In this document: piece by piece, positions 35,260 to 61,800 of the stretch
Layout of the letters: the number at the start of each line of letters is the position of its first letter
Numbering within the stretch: the first letter of the stretch is position 1
From: Balanoglossus misakiensis
Taxonomy: Eukaryota > Animalia > Hemichordata
Direction: 5' to 3'
Assembly (NCBI GenBank): GCA_040954595.2
Contig: CM082594.2
Span: forward strand, 5,565,319-5,629,318
Length of the DNA stretch: 64,000 nucleotides
Made by a program: the position numbers and the translations under genes
The notes under the pieces: model-generated
What the model was told of the DNA's origin: nothing
The model's input: the letters and a program-made list of their open reading frames with translations, nothing else
Database searches by the model: none

Positions 35260-36405
35260 GAGTAGAGAGTAAATCGTGAAAAAAAAAATTTTATTCTCAA
35301 GAAAGTAGAGTAAATCCTGAAAAATATTCTAAGTATTATTTCTCATTGAAAGTAGAGAGTAAATCCTGAAAATATTCTAAGTTTTTTTTTCCTCATTGAA
35401 AGTAGAGTAAATCCTGAAAAATATTCTAAGTTTTTTTCTCATTAAAAGTAGAGTAAGTATAGAGTGAAGCCTGAAAAATTTCTAAGTTTTTTTAAATGTC
35501 AAAGTATAGAGTAAAGCCTGAAAAATTTCTAAGTATAGAGTGAAGCCTGAAAAATTTCTAAGTTTTTTTAATGTCAAAGTATAGAGTACAGCCTGAAAAA
35601 GTTCTAAGTTTTTTTAATGTCTAAGTATAGAGTAAAGCCTGAAAAATTTCTAAGTATAGAGTGAAGCCTGAAAAATTTCTAAGTTTTTTTAATGTCAAAG
35701 TATAGAGTGAAGCCTGAAAAATTTCTAAGTTTTTTTAATGTCTAAGTATAGAGTGAAGCCTGAAAAATTTCTAAGTTTTTTTAATGTCTAAGTATAGAGT
35801 AAAGCCTGAAAAATTTCTAAGTTTTTTTAATGTCAAAGTATAGAGTACAGCCTGAAAAATTTCTAAGTATAGAGTAAAGCCTGAAAAATTTCTAAGTTTA
35901 TTTTAAATGTCAAAGTATAGAGTAAAGCCTGAAAAATTTCTAAGTATAGAGTAAAGCCTGAAAAATTTCTAAGTATAGAGTAAAGCCTGAAAAATTTCTA
36001 AGTATAGAGTGAAGCCTGAAAAATTTCTAAGTTTTTTTAAATGTCAAAGTATAGAGTAAAGCCTGAAAAATGTCTAAGTATAGAGTGAAGCCTGAAAAAT
36101 TTCTAAGTATAGAGTAAAGCCTGAAAAAGTTCTAAGTTTTTTTAATGTCAAAGTATAGAGTAAAGCCTGAAAAATTTCTAAGTATAGAGTGAAGCCTGAA
36201 AAATTTCTAAGTTTTTTTAAATGTCAAAGTATAGAGTAAAGCCTGAAAAATGTCTAAGTATAGAGTGAAGCCTGAAAAATTTCTAAGTATAGAGTAAAGC
36301 CTGAAAAAGTTCTAAGTGTTTTTAATAAGTATAGAGTGAAGCCTAAAAAATTTCTAAGTGTTTTTAATAAGTATAGAGTAAAGCCTGAAAAATTTCTAAG
36401 TGTTT
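35260..36405. repeat. AT-rich minisatellite of mixed 29-bp and 46/47-bp units
   Basis: Core AAGTATAGAGT(A/G)AAGCCTGAAAAATTTCT (period 29: 35942, 35971, 36000), optionally extended by AAGTTTTTTTAATGTC(A/T) (period 46: 35698, 35744). Copies at the left edge are degenerate. Confidence 0.95.
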
Positions 36406-36616
36406 TTTTTTTTTTTACAAAAAAGCAGACACCAAGGATTGAAATTTATTGTATTTTATTTCATTTTCATATTTCATATTTCATATTGAAATTTAACTCG
36501 TATTCACTTGTCGTTTCAGGTCTATCTGTTGAATGGTTGATGACCAATCGAAAGAAGTGGAGTCCAGCCGGGATCTGAAAAGACAAGGCAAGTGTTAGAA
36601 AATGCAAGTTATGTAG

Positions 36617-36690
36617 GGGGCATACACAAGTTTCAAAAATTTTCTAAGTCAAACAAAACTTAGAAAATTTTAGAAACTTGTACATGCCCC
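36617..36690. repeat. Imperfect palindrome with about 33-bp arms
   Basis: GGGGCATACACAAGTTTCAAAAATTTTCTAAGT...ACTTAGAAAATTTTAGAAACTTGTACATGCCCC. Confidence 0.8.
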
Positions 36691-36830
36691 AACGTGGTGG
36701 TATAGACAAATTTCAAATTTTTAGCGTTTCTGACTTAGTTTTTTTTTTTAGTTTTTTATATGCCATCCCTAGCCCCCACCCTAACCTCCCCATGAGTGTA
36801 CAGCAAAGACTAATAAATCTCTAGCACAAC

Positions 36831-36989
36831 TCTTACTTCGGTTGAGCTAAGTTAAATTTTTTTTTACAAGTGCATTATGGGCATCATAATCTATGCAAGA
36901 TCTTTTCAGATGCAAAAGATCTTGCATAGATTAGGATGCCCATAATGCACTTGTAAAAAAAAATTTAACTTAGCTCAACCGAAGTAAGA
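36831..36989. repeat. Near-perfect palindrome, 76-bp arms, 7-nt loop
   Basis: 36831-36906 is the reverse complement of 36914-36989 with one mismatch. Confidence 0.95.
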
Positions 36990-38826
36990 CACACACACAC
37001 AATTACATTGCTAAGTTATCCCTCATATTAATTTTAATGTTAAGTTATTCTCCTAATCACATTTTATTTTCGTTCTTAGGTGCAGGGAGGTTGCCATGGA
37101 CTCGGTTGTACACATCAATTAAGATTTAATGCAGTTTTGGAATCTATAAAGCCTACAATATTTCTAAGTTTTCAATCTCATGACCGACAAATTCACACAT
37201 TCTAGACTACCTATATTTCTATTATTGTCAATTCATTACATTCTGAATGTAGTTAAGTAAGCTATGACTTATGAATTAAAATTACATTCGCAACAGAGAG
37301 TTTATTTTTCTGAAGTTATCTCATGAGAGTTTAGACTCTTTACAGGCTCTCTGTTGGCAAGTCCAAAATTACGGAACTCTGTTCTGTTCTTATCTGCTAC
37401 TTCAACTGGATCTTTTAAAACTTGACTTAAAACTATCCATTTTATCGATTTTTACCTGTCATTTTACCCCAGCTTTTTTAAATATTTTTGTTAAGCTCAT
37501 TATTACTGAATTTCATGAGATTAGACATCAATACTGCAACGCAACTTATGACCCTGACACAGAAACTAGCTGACTTTAAAAAAATTGTTCAAAGTATGCT
37601 CAATCAAAGTCTAGAAGACTACTGTTAAACATGTCTTTTTAGCGAGCATGTTATTTAAGCCGATCTAACTGGGTGTACATTCCCTAATTTATGATGCCCC
37701 TAATTAAAACTTTTCTTTATAATTACCACGGTTAATATACCGGGTAGCTAAATTAATTAAAAACTCAATTGTACTCAAAATCTGCTAAACAAGCATGCTA
37801 CTAAATCAAAGTGTTTTAGACTTTGTGTACTGAAGTTTTCTCAGGTAGTCTCTTACTGAGGAATACCTACGATTAAAGTTTCTAAGTTATTACAATATTC
37901 TGCATTAATTTTGACCTATGACCTGTGCCCCCTATTTACATATTAGCTTCATTTCAGTGAAATGGATTTGCATATTTATGACAAGTGAATAAAGAAAACT
38001 TGCAATATTCAAGAGAAGTTGTCTGCTGTCTCTTTGTGATTATCCTGACCAATCTTTCAGAACTCTAGTTTGTTAATATTTTTTCTTCTGTGTATTCACT
38101 ACAATTACACATAATGGAGGTTTATAATAATTATGCCTATCACCTACGACATTCAGAGATTAAAGAAGCTTAGTTTATTGAAGATCTGAAAAGTTTAAAT
38201 GCACTAGTTCTACACGCTACCTGCAAAGTGGGCCATGCAGCCAGAAAAAGGTTATGGAATTAATGCAATTTCACCCTACTATTATGATTGCAGAAGTTAA
38301 ATATTGAGCTATTTTACGAACTAGATCAAAGTCTTAAGATTTTCATCATTTCCTGCTCAAGGGCAAACTTATTAGAGATTAATATCCGTTTAAGGAAGTA
38401 CAAAAAATGTACATGCTTCGTTAAAGTTTCAAACATTTTCTCATTTGCTTAGCAACTTCAGATAAATCTCTCCTCAGATTTTATTAAAAATTTAGGAATA
38501 CTAAAAAAAATTTAAAGTAGACAGCTAAATTGTCTCAAATTTGAAATTCAGTACCTCAGACTTAACTCATAACTATTCTGGTTTAATGTGCACATGTGAA
38601 CAAAACTTAGACAATTAACACTAAATCCAGGGTCACTGTCTAATTTTACGGGACTTGCTTGAGTTATTCTCTAAGTATGGTCAATCACTACAAATTTGTA
38701 TATTAAATTAGATTAAGTGATATGGTAATTTGTCATACATCAAATTTCTAATATATTCAGAGAAACTGCAGGCATATTGCTATAAATTTTTTTACCACTA
38801 TTAGTTTAGATTAAAATTACATACAT

Positions 38827-39013
38827 CTCCAGGGGATGGTCATATATAAGATGACCACTCACTGTTACTTCATGTGGCTATCCAGACAACCTCGCAACAG
38901 CCACAGAGATCAGTACAACCTCTGGGGATGGTCCAATATAAGAGGACCATGCACCAAGACTGTTACTTCATGTGGTCATCCAGACAACCTCGCAACAGCC
39001 GCAGAGATCAGTA
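38827..39013. repeat. Imperfect tandem duplication, unit about 95 bp
   Basis: ACTGTTACTTCATGTGG..ATCCAGACAACCTCGCAACAGCC.CAGAGATCAGTA occurs twice, each preceded by GGGGATGGTC...ATATAAGA.GACC. Confidence 0.85.
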
Positions 39014-40960
39014 ATTCACTAGAAAATTTGACAGGTGGGTCAAAGGTCAAACAGTTGTAATTTTTCACCTTTGTGAAAAGGGTATCATCTAACCTATTTC
39101 TAACAAGACTGAACTTGGCAATGCCCACACACATCCAACACATACTTGTAATGAGTGACGTACCTTCACTGCTCCATTGAAGACCACACGTTCAGTTGGG
39201 CTTGGTGAAGTGTTGCATCCACAATTTTCTGAAGTACAGAAAACAAAATAAAAGTAAGTTTCAGGCAAACAAATACATGAACACCACTATATAAAATAAC
39301 AGAAATAAATTCTCACAAGTGGCATTTGTAAATTTAAAGAGACATAAACAAGCTAAATTTGAACATGTAGACTGAAAGTTGGACAAAGGTTTTAGCCATT
39401 GGCACAAAATGGCATCATATCTCCATGCTTGAGTGAAAGCCCCCTACACACACAATGACTACATGCATGGAGGCACCTCCATGCTACATGTGACAAAATT
39501 TTTCAAGATAATTCTGCCTGACTTGCAGACAAAATTCTGTTCAAAAGAACAGCAAAAAAACATGACTTACCTCAAATACAATGTGGTAACATCTTCAGCG
39601 AACAAGGGTGGAAAATGGGAAGGTAAATTTGGATTTTTCACTGGAAAATCAGAGCAAACGTGGACATGGAAAAATGTGCTCGCAACCTCAAAAGATCTGA
39701 CCTAAGATTATGCATAATCTGCTGTGCTTCTATTGATAAACAAATTTTGCCTGGACAGACTGACCATTCACAGTCTTCTGATAGGAAATTCTGGCCTATA
39801 GTGATTTGCATAAATTAACATGTATGCTAATTGCAAGCCAGCAGACCATGCAGCTGTGTTCATGTAGGAGACAGCCAATCAGGGCTTTGTATTCATAATA
39901 AGAGCTACTACAATCATTCCAGTAATCTAAATAAGAAAACAACTGCTACAAGAAAACAAACGGATTTTCCTGTAGCCAGGAAAACATGTTTCATTTGTGG
40001 TAAATTTGTACTAACTATTGCCACGGTAAACACAAGGTCAACAGGGTGGTGTTTTTTGTCAAAAGTCGCATTAAGTCAAAGCCACTCCCAAGCAAACAGA
40101 TATCTTTTATATAATAATTTTAATACACTTTGTTTGCTATTTCAGTGCCCCAATCTGGACAGGTTTTAGAAAAAAAAAATCTACAATGAGACTCTTCAAA
40201 TTCATAACAGGATATAGTGTAAATAAAAGTCACTAATTTTTATCTTTCTGCAAAGAAAATGGCACAAAGTGTACAATACATCATTTTGAACACTATTTAC
40301 ACAAATATTCACATACAAATCAACAAAATAAAACCGTTTTCTCTTGCTTAGAATTTTTGTACATGATGGAGTGAGAATTTTCAGAATTCAGACCCCCCAA
40401 AAAATGTATGACCTTCCCTTTTGGTGTCATTCTCACAGACACTGTCCCAAAGAAAGGCGGTCGGGTCCTGGCAAGAAAAAAGTTGAAATCTGGAAGAAAG
40501 ATATGAGTATACATAACGGAAATGATTATAGCTTTCTACTGTACATCGCTTGAGGTATAACTATAAGATGTGTAGGTAAGATCACAAAAAGTAGCAATTT
40601 TTAAATAAAATGCACGAGAATAAACTAGCCTAAACCCCCTCCTTGTTGACAGAGATATCTGACCAGTTTTGCTAAAATGTTCACTGTAGTGAGGTAATTT
40701 TACTTGTCATCAAGTGTGCGAAGAAGCGATCAGACTGTGAATTTTAGAGATAAACAATCAGGAAATGTTCAGTTTTAGACAGGTTTCATTGCGCCACAAG
40801 GGGTGCACGGGGTCTAAGGCAAGTCTGCAAAATGCACTCATATGCAAATTGTAATTCATATAGAATTAATAAGTAAATGCTACACTTATCGGCTCATAGA
40901 TATTTCAAGGTAATACCGGTAATTTACACTACCGAGTTTCGAAGCTAAACTACACGTAGT

Positions 40961-41052
40961 TTAACCCTTTCACCTCCATTTCCCAGTATAAAGGTCCAAA
41001 ACGTCCACTGAGAACAATGTGTTGGACCAAACCATGGTTGTGAAAGGGTTAT
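40961..41052. mobile_element. About 90-bp piggyBac-like MITE
   Basis: TTAACCCTTTCAC...GTGAAAGGGTTA inverted ends, and internal similarity to 44547-44638. Confidence 0.65.
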
Positions 41053-44000
41053 AGAGGTTATGGCAACCATGCACAAAAATAAATGTGATAGACTTTGATC
41101 TCCAAAATAAAGTCTCGCAATGTAGTAAAGCATGCTTTGAATTGTGGAGGAAATTCACAATTTTGGCGGGAACTGAAATAGTTGCAAAAGGGAGCAAAGC
41201 TTGTCTTTCTGAACAAAAGAAAATGTAACTCTGTGAAAACAGAGATTAGTGAAGAAGAATACATCAGGAGTATTTGCACATTTTCCAAAAAAAAAAAATG
41301 GATTTCTGAATGAAGTCAACCCTGTTATAAAAGTTTGTGGACCTTAGCAACGAATCAAACCCCTTGGATAACCACATCTGCAAAATCAAATCACGGCTCA
41401 CCCAAATCTGTCACTTTATCTACAAAATTTGGTTGTTTTGCAATCATGTGATACAATAAAAGTCTCATGTCATCAGTCATCCTGTTTTTCAATAATCATC
41501 TACTGCCTTCTGATTGGTTGTCAATGTAGCATTGAATATATTTCAGATGCCATTTCTTCACAGCGTCAGTACAAATCAACTGTTTTTTAAAGTCACATGC
41601 GAAATTACAAACGATCACTCTTGCTTGGTGCCACCAAAGAAAATGAGAGAATTAACAGAGAAAATCAACATGTAGATTGTAATCTTCAAAGTTCATTTAC
41701 AAAACATTCATATTGTTTGGGTGCTTGATTGTCCAGCAATGAAAAAGTAACTCCAAATTATGGCAGTGTCGAGTGAATCACAACATCCAAATCATGTGTG
41801 ACAGCAAAATCGAATTATCCCCAAGATATTCTCTTTGTGAAAATTAAATTGCCAACCTGACAAATTTCATGGAACGAAAACGAAAGAGTCCATAATTTTG
41901 AAACTATGAAAACTTGTGAAAGTTTTCTGCTCCTCCATCTTTAAATAATTGTGAATGTCACACATAAACTTGGCTGCTCAACATAAATAAATATGAAAAC
42001 AAAAAAGTTATTAAGATCTTGGTCTGAATATAAAAATCAAAGTGGCCTCTAATTCATTTGCTGGGCTCATGAATATTTTACTTAATCTGACATTTGACTC
42101 ATGATTGACATCTGACCATCATAATTTCATTTTGCTAAAATCTGTCACTTCACACTTTGGTATTTTCAAGAAAAAAAAACACAATTCCTCAAAACCAAAA
42201 AATCATTGACTTTGAACTTAATATTAAAAATATCAATCTGGTTGAACTTTTAAATATTTACAGTGGACAAAAAAACCAACAACATATATTATTCATCTGA
42301 GCTTATTTTTTTGAAATTTGATTATTATCTTTTATTCTGAAGGCTTTGATCTTCAGTGTTCTGAAAGGCAAACGTGAATATACTACCGATTTACTTGATT
42401 GGTCAATTACCCATGTAAGTGAGCCGATCCACCAATCAGCAGCTTTTTAACAGTCATGCTGGGTCACTGACCAATGACAACCTGCCTTCTATGGAATGGG
42501 TACCAACACGGATAAAAGCTTGGCTGTGGTTTGTCAAATGACACAGCACTCTCACCTCAAGCTGTGACCGAAGAAATGCAAAATACCGTCAACTGGTAAG
42601 AACAACGAAGTGAACCTTAACTCCTACAAGAATCTCTACAACTTTTTCACACAAAAAACTACATGAGAATTCTGCTCTCTGACAGATTCAAGCAATATTC
42701 TGAAAGGACCAGATGAAAAGGAATGTGTTATAATCCAAGTCATGCTTTCCACAACTGGCTCAGAACAACAGACGACTTCACCACAATCTTGCTTGCAATT
42801 CACAAAAGAATGTGGAAGAATTTAGTTCATGCTATGTACATCAACAAGCACTAGTTTGCTGGGATACATCTGAAGTGACTATAAAGTATTACAATATATT
42901 TACATCGGGAAAAACCTGGCACTCTCATTGGAGGACAATATCACCATATAAGGAAGTTGTGTGAGGTCAGAACTAACACATAAGGTCACACACAGCATAC
43001 TGATGATCACTGAATCGGTGCAGAACGCTGAATGTTTGGGATTTCCAAATAAGGTCACGCAAACTTGTCTCTTTGTGCTCAATAAGAGAATTTAAAGAAC
43101 AGCGAACACTCAGAAATTCATCAAACCTTCAATATGTTGATAACAGAATTATAGGTTCAACATTCAAAACGACATGGGCAAGAATTTTGCGAAAATTTTG
43201 TAACAATTTCAAAGTTTATACAGTCATGTTTCTCGAACAGCGTAATTTTTTTCTTCTTTCATATCAACAATGAGCAAACATTTTAATTATTGTACCAACA
43301 CTGGTGAAAACCACAGATTTTTCAGGGTAAGCTGAAGACCAAAAGATATTCAAGACATCATTAATTTTGCTGAAAATCCCCTCCACAAAATAGTATGGTT
43401 AAGTAGAGTTAGTTGAAGTGTGGAAAAAGCTGCAAAGAATTATTTTAAAATCTATACACAATTTGAGATAGCTACATTGAGAAACGTAATTTGTCACTTC
43501 TGGTTCATCCACTGTGCTTAATTCAGACAATTTAACCACAGATTTAGACATTATTTTAACCATTCAATAGTAACTACATAGTAATTTAATCTGTCGAGTC
43601 CACAGTGTGTACGAGCCATAGGGAGCACCATAAGAGAAGAGGGTAGGACTCGAGGGCAAAATGAAATTTCCCATGAAGAGAAAACGCTTGGCACGTAGAA
43701 ATCTGCACATACACACACACACAAAGTTTGCTAGCTGCGATATAAGAACTTCTTCAAGTGACACTGTTCAATGATTCTAGTCGACTGGAGATATCTAGAA
43801 GCTGCCTGACAAGCGATGGAAAACGATACCATTCTTGGATTGGCAGAAGATCCGCGATAGCTTCATGCACGCTGAAAGTAAGGGATCCATTTCCACGACA
43901 ACGGCGTTCTACAGAAAGGTTCACACACTGAAACAGTCACTGTAGACTCAACCAACTGTCCACAAAAGGGTGGGGGTGGTTGGTTGTTTTTTGATATTTA

Positions 44001-44301
44001 CACTTGAATGGCAGTCCATATCCGGGCTGGTGGTCCGTTTTTTGCACATCTAGTGGTCCATAATGGTCTCTCTCTGCAAAGCTTGCTACTATCAGCATTC
44101 ACTCCCTTATCAATCTTATTTCTTTCATGTATGGTAACGCACCGGTGATATTTATGATCAGCATTCATCACATGGTAGTCCAGCCGGTAGTCCTGCAGGT
44201 CAACAGCTAGTAGTCCACACACTCATCGGTCAGTCGACTTTCCCAAATCTCAGCAGCTTACAAATCTTTTCCCGCACAGAACCACTTTGCACAAACACAG
44301 G

Positions 44302-58855
<14,554 letters not shown>

Positions 58856-61800
58856 CTGTAAGCAAATAAGAAGAAAAAGAAAACTCGTTAAAAAAAACGT
58901 GTAACTTTTACAAAAGTACATTCGAAAGTTCACTGCACTGTCTGAAATTCCAGTTTGCTGCGCGTTGCACTTTAATGCTCGAACACATTTTAATAGCATT
59001 CCAGTCTCCCTATTCTCTCAAATCCCACTGCAGCTTGTTAAACTCCGGGATTAGCACCACGCAACTCAATTCACAGGAATTACAGATTGATGGCGTCAGA
59101 CACAAAACCCACTTTAAACCCACAGCTCAGACTGATTCTTAAATAGCTCTATCATACATCATTTTATCAAAAGGCACTAAAACAGCACAACTATCTCATT
59201 ACATGGACGTGGATTAACCAACGACCTTTGATCCTTCACCTTCCAGGCTTAATAGTCATACACAGCTAAGGTCATCGTAATACAGCTTAGTCTGAACACC
59301 ACTACCCTGCCCCCTCCCCAATTTGTTCCTCAGTACATGCAGTACGTATTGTAAGGACCTCCATAATAAATGTAACAAGACAACTCATGAATATAATGAC
59401 TTAAGCATGGCCCTCAAGCATACCAAACTACAGGCATACCGTCACTTAATAAGGCTATATTGATTTGATATATACATCAGATGTATGTGCATGTGCATAT
59501 GCGGACATCTGTGGGTATGTGTACTTGCGTATATGTACATAAATTTACAAATTTTCTTGTGTAAAGTAAATGTACTTAGTACAATATTATGTATTAGCAC
59601 AGCAAAGCAGTATATCCCAGATCCAACTACATCTGGGGCAAGTACACTGATCTACTTTCCGTGGTAATGAATACAAACTGCACCAACATGCAATACAGAC
59701 TTCACACATCAATAACACAGCTATTAATTAAATTTAGACTAAACATTATATCGTTTTGTCCACAATGCGATTACTCTTAATTGCTTCAAATGGCAATGGA
59801 AAGCATTCAAAGATTCATTCGACTGGCTCTGAATTTCACAAATATTGCGTTTTAAGGTTTTTTTTCCAGGTGCCTCTGGCTTTTTGCAAGTAGAACATTT
59901 TCTACTGTTCACATGACCATACATCATTGTTTTGAAATCCCTCCTTGATGTTGGAAGCAAGGAGGCATTTCTCCCCCAAGAAAAATTTTGATGAGGAGAA
60001 TACCTCTTTTTGTAAGAACTGCAACATACATACATGTACATGTACACAGTCTCAGCTGGCATCAAATGGAAATAACACCATTCCATATAGGAGCATGGAC
60101 AATTAAAACACTCCCTCCAGGGTGGAAAGAACAGCAAGAAGAGCCTGGTGGGGATTTCTGTCTCAAAATATTGCGACAGAGTGGAGACTGAAAATCACAA
60201 AGGGCGAACTGGGACACCAGCATGATGTTAATTACCTTGCCTTTGTATTAAGGCCCCCGCTGCCTGTGTTTTTTGAAGTGCACACTGTGTTTCTGTTCTT
60301 TGATAATGACCTGCTAATTTGGAGACATTGTCTTTTTTCTTCTTCTGGGAGTGCAGATATTTTTTCTGTAATTAGCAGTTGTGTGCTAACGACTGTTGAC
60401 ATGCTGAGAAATGAAGTGGGCGGACATACAAACAGAAGGGTCCCCTATGGTTTCACATCTTAAGAACTACTTCAGGTAGTGATTATTTTATATGGTAACA
60501 AATTTTCTCACTGGAGATACCGGTCATCCTTCACATTTTGAAATGGCACCAACATCTTTCTGTCCAAAACTTGTGGATCTCAATTTCAAAGAAACTACTA
60601 TTTCATGAGTGCAGAATCCATATTTTCAATAATGCATATAAATGGAGGAATCAGGAATTATAATATCAGACATGAATATTGATAATACAATTGTGAATAT
60701 TGTGCATTTATGAATCATGCAAGTTTTGATAAAACTGTAACCTAATTATTTTAATTTTGCCTCTTGACATAGTCAATTTTCTATCACTAATTTGATATTC
60801 TATAAATATCTCCTATTTGGAAGTAAAATGATGCGATGACATTTGTTCAGAGTATTAATCCCATGTTAGATAATATTGCCAATTCGAGATCAATATTCTG
60901 CAAAACTGTCAGAATGATGTTTACATTTGGGATATAATTTCATTTCCTGGCCAGCACATTAGTAGCGGAACCGGTAATCTGGTTTGCTTGGATGGAAGCT
61001 TGGTAACAGTATGCAACTAGTTCTTGATTCCACACACATCAGGGCCGACTGCAATGTTTGTTTGCTGAAGTACACTTGAAAGAATTCTACATAGCTATAC
61101 AGGCACAGATCTCGAACAACCTATGCAAAGTGTTCATCAAAACAATAAAGTGAAAAGACAAAATTGTCTTTTTTGAGGCCCCCATACCAACTTGTTTCCC
61201 CAGATGTTGACTCAAAAGTACACTCTACATTTGAGGTACATGTTCATTATTTATACACTAATAGCTTGGATGTATACAGGGCACGATAACCACACACTAA
61301 CATATCTAGGGTCCTAACCAATGGGTGGTCCCACACTTCAAAATTATGATCACTTGCCAATAACCCTTCAACATTTCCACGTCAATTTGAAAAGTAATCT
61401 CGAAATCCATATGACATTCCTGGACATTTGACATACAAGATACTGCAAGAAAACAGCTTGCAAGATGCAAACATGTTTTAAGGCCTTTTAAGTGTACGCT
61501 ATGTTCTTTGCTTTGTCTAGTACGAAACATACAAAGAGTTCAACCTACTTTTGTGTAAATCAAACTGTATCTACCCTGTCTTAAGTATAGAACCAGGTCT
61601 GTACATGTACAAAGCAATTGTAGGACTTTGCATCCCAGCAGATTATCAATTGTTAAAGTTCACGATTTAGAAATCACTTTTTTGTTAACATTCAGGAGTT
61701 AGAAATCAACTTTTTGGAACAGAAAAGGGAAATCTAACAACAGTACATGCTCATTGCATGAACTATCTGTTGGTTGTTGGATACGCCTACATGTATTTTT

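Noticed and set aside
35440-36405. 29-bp repeat array superficially like a CRISPR array
   Set aside because: The repeats are contiguous or separated by the same 17-bp unit. There are no unique spacers, no cas genes, and the context is eukaryotic.
36538-36578. TGATGA...CTGA pair resembling C/D boxes
   Set aside because: It spans only 41 nt, has no terminal stem, and lies in a putative exon rather than an intron.
60236-60402. Minus-strand ATG frame ending at an AG|GTAATT donor as an AGAP first exon
   Set aside because: Its ATGs give phase 2 or 0, which is incompatible with the phase-1 acceptor at 58855.
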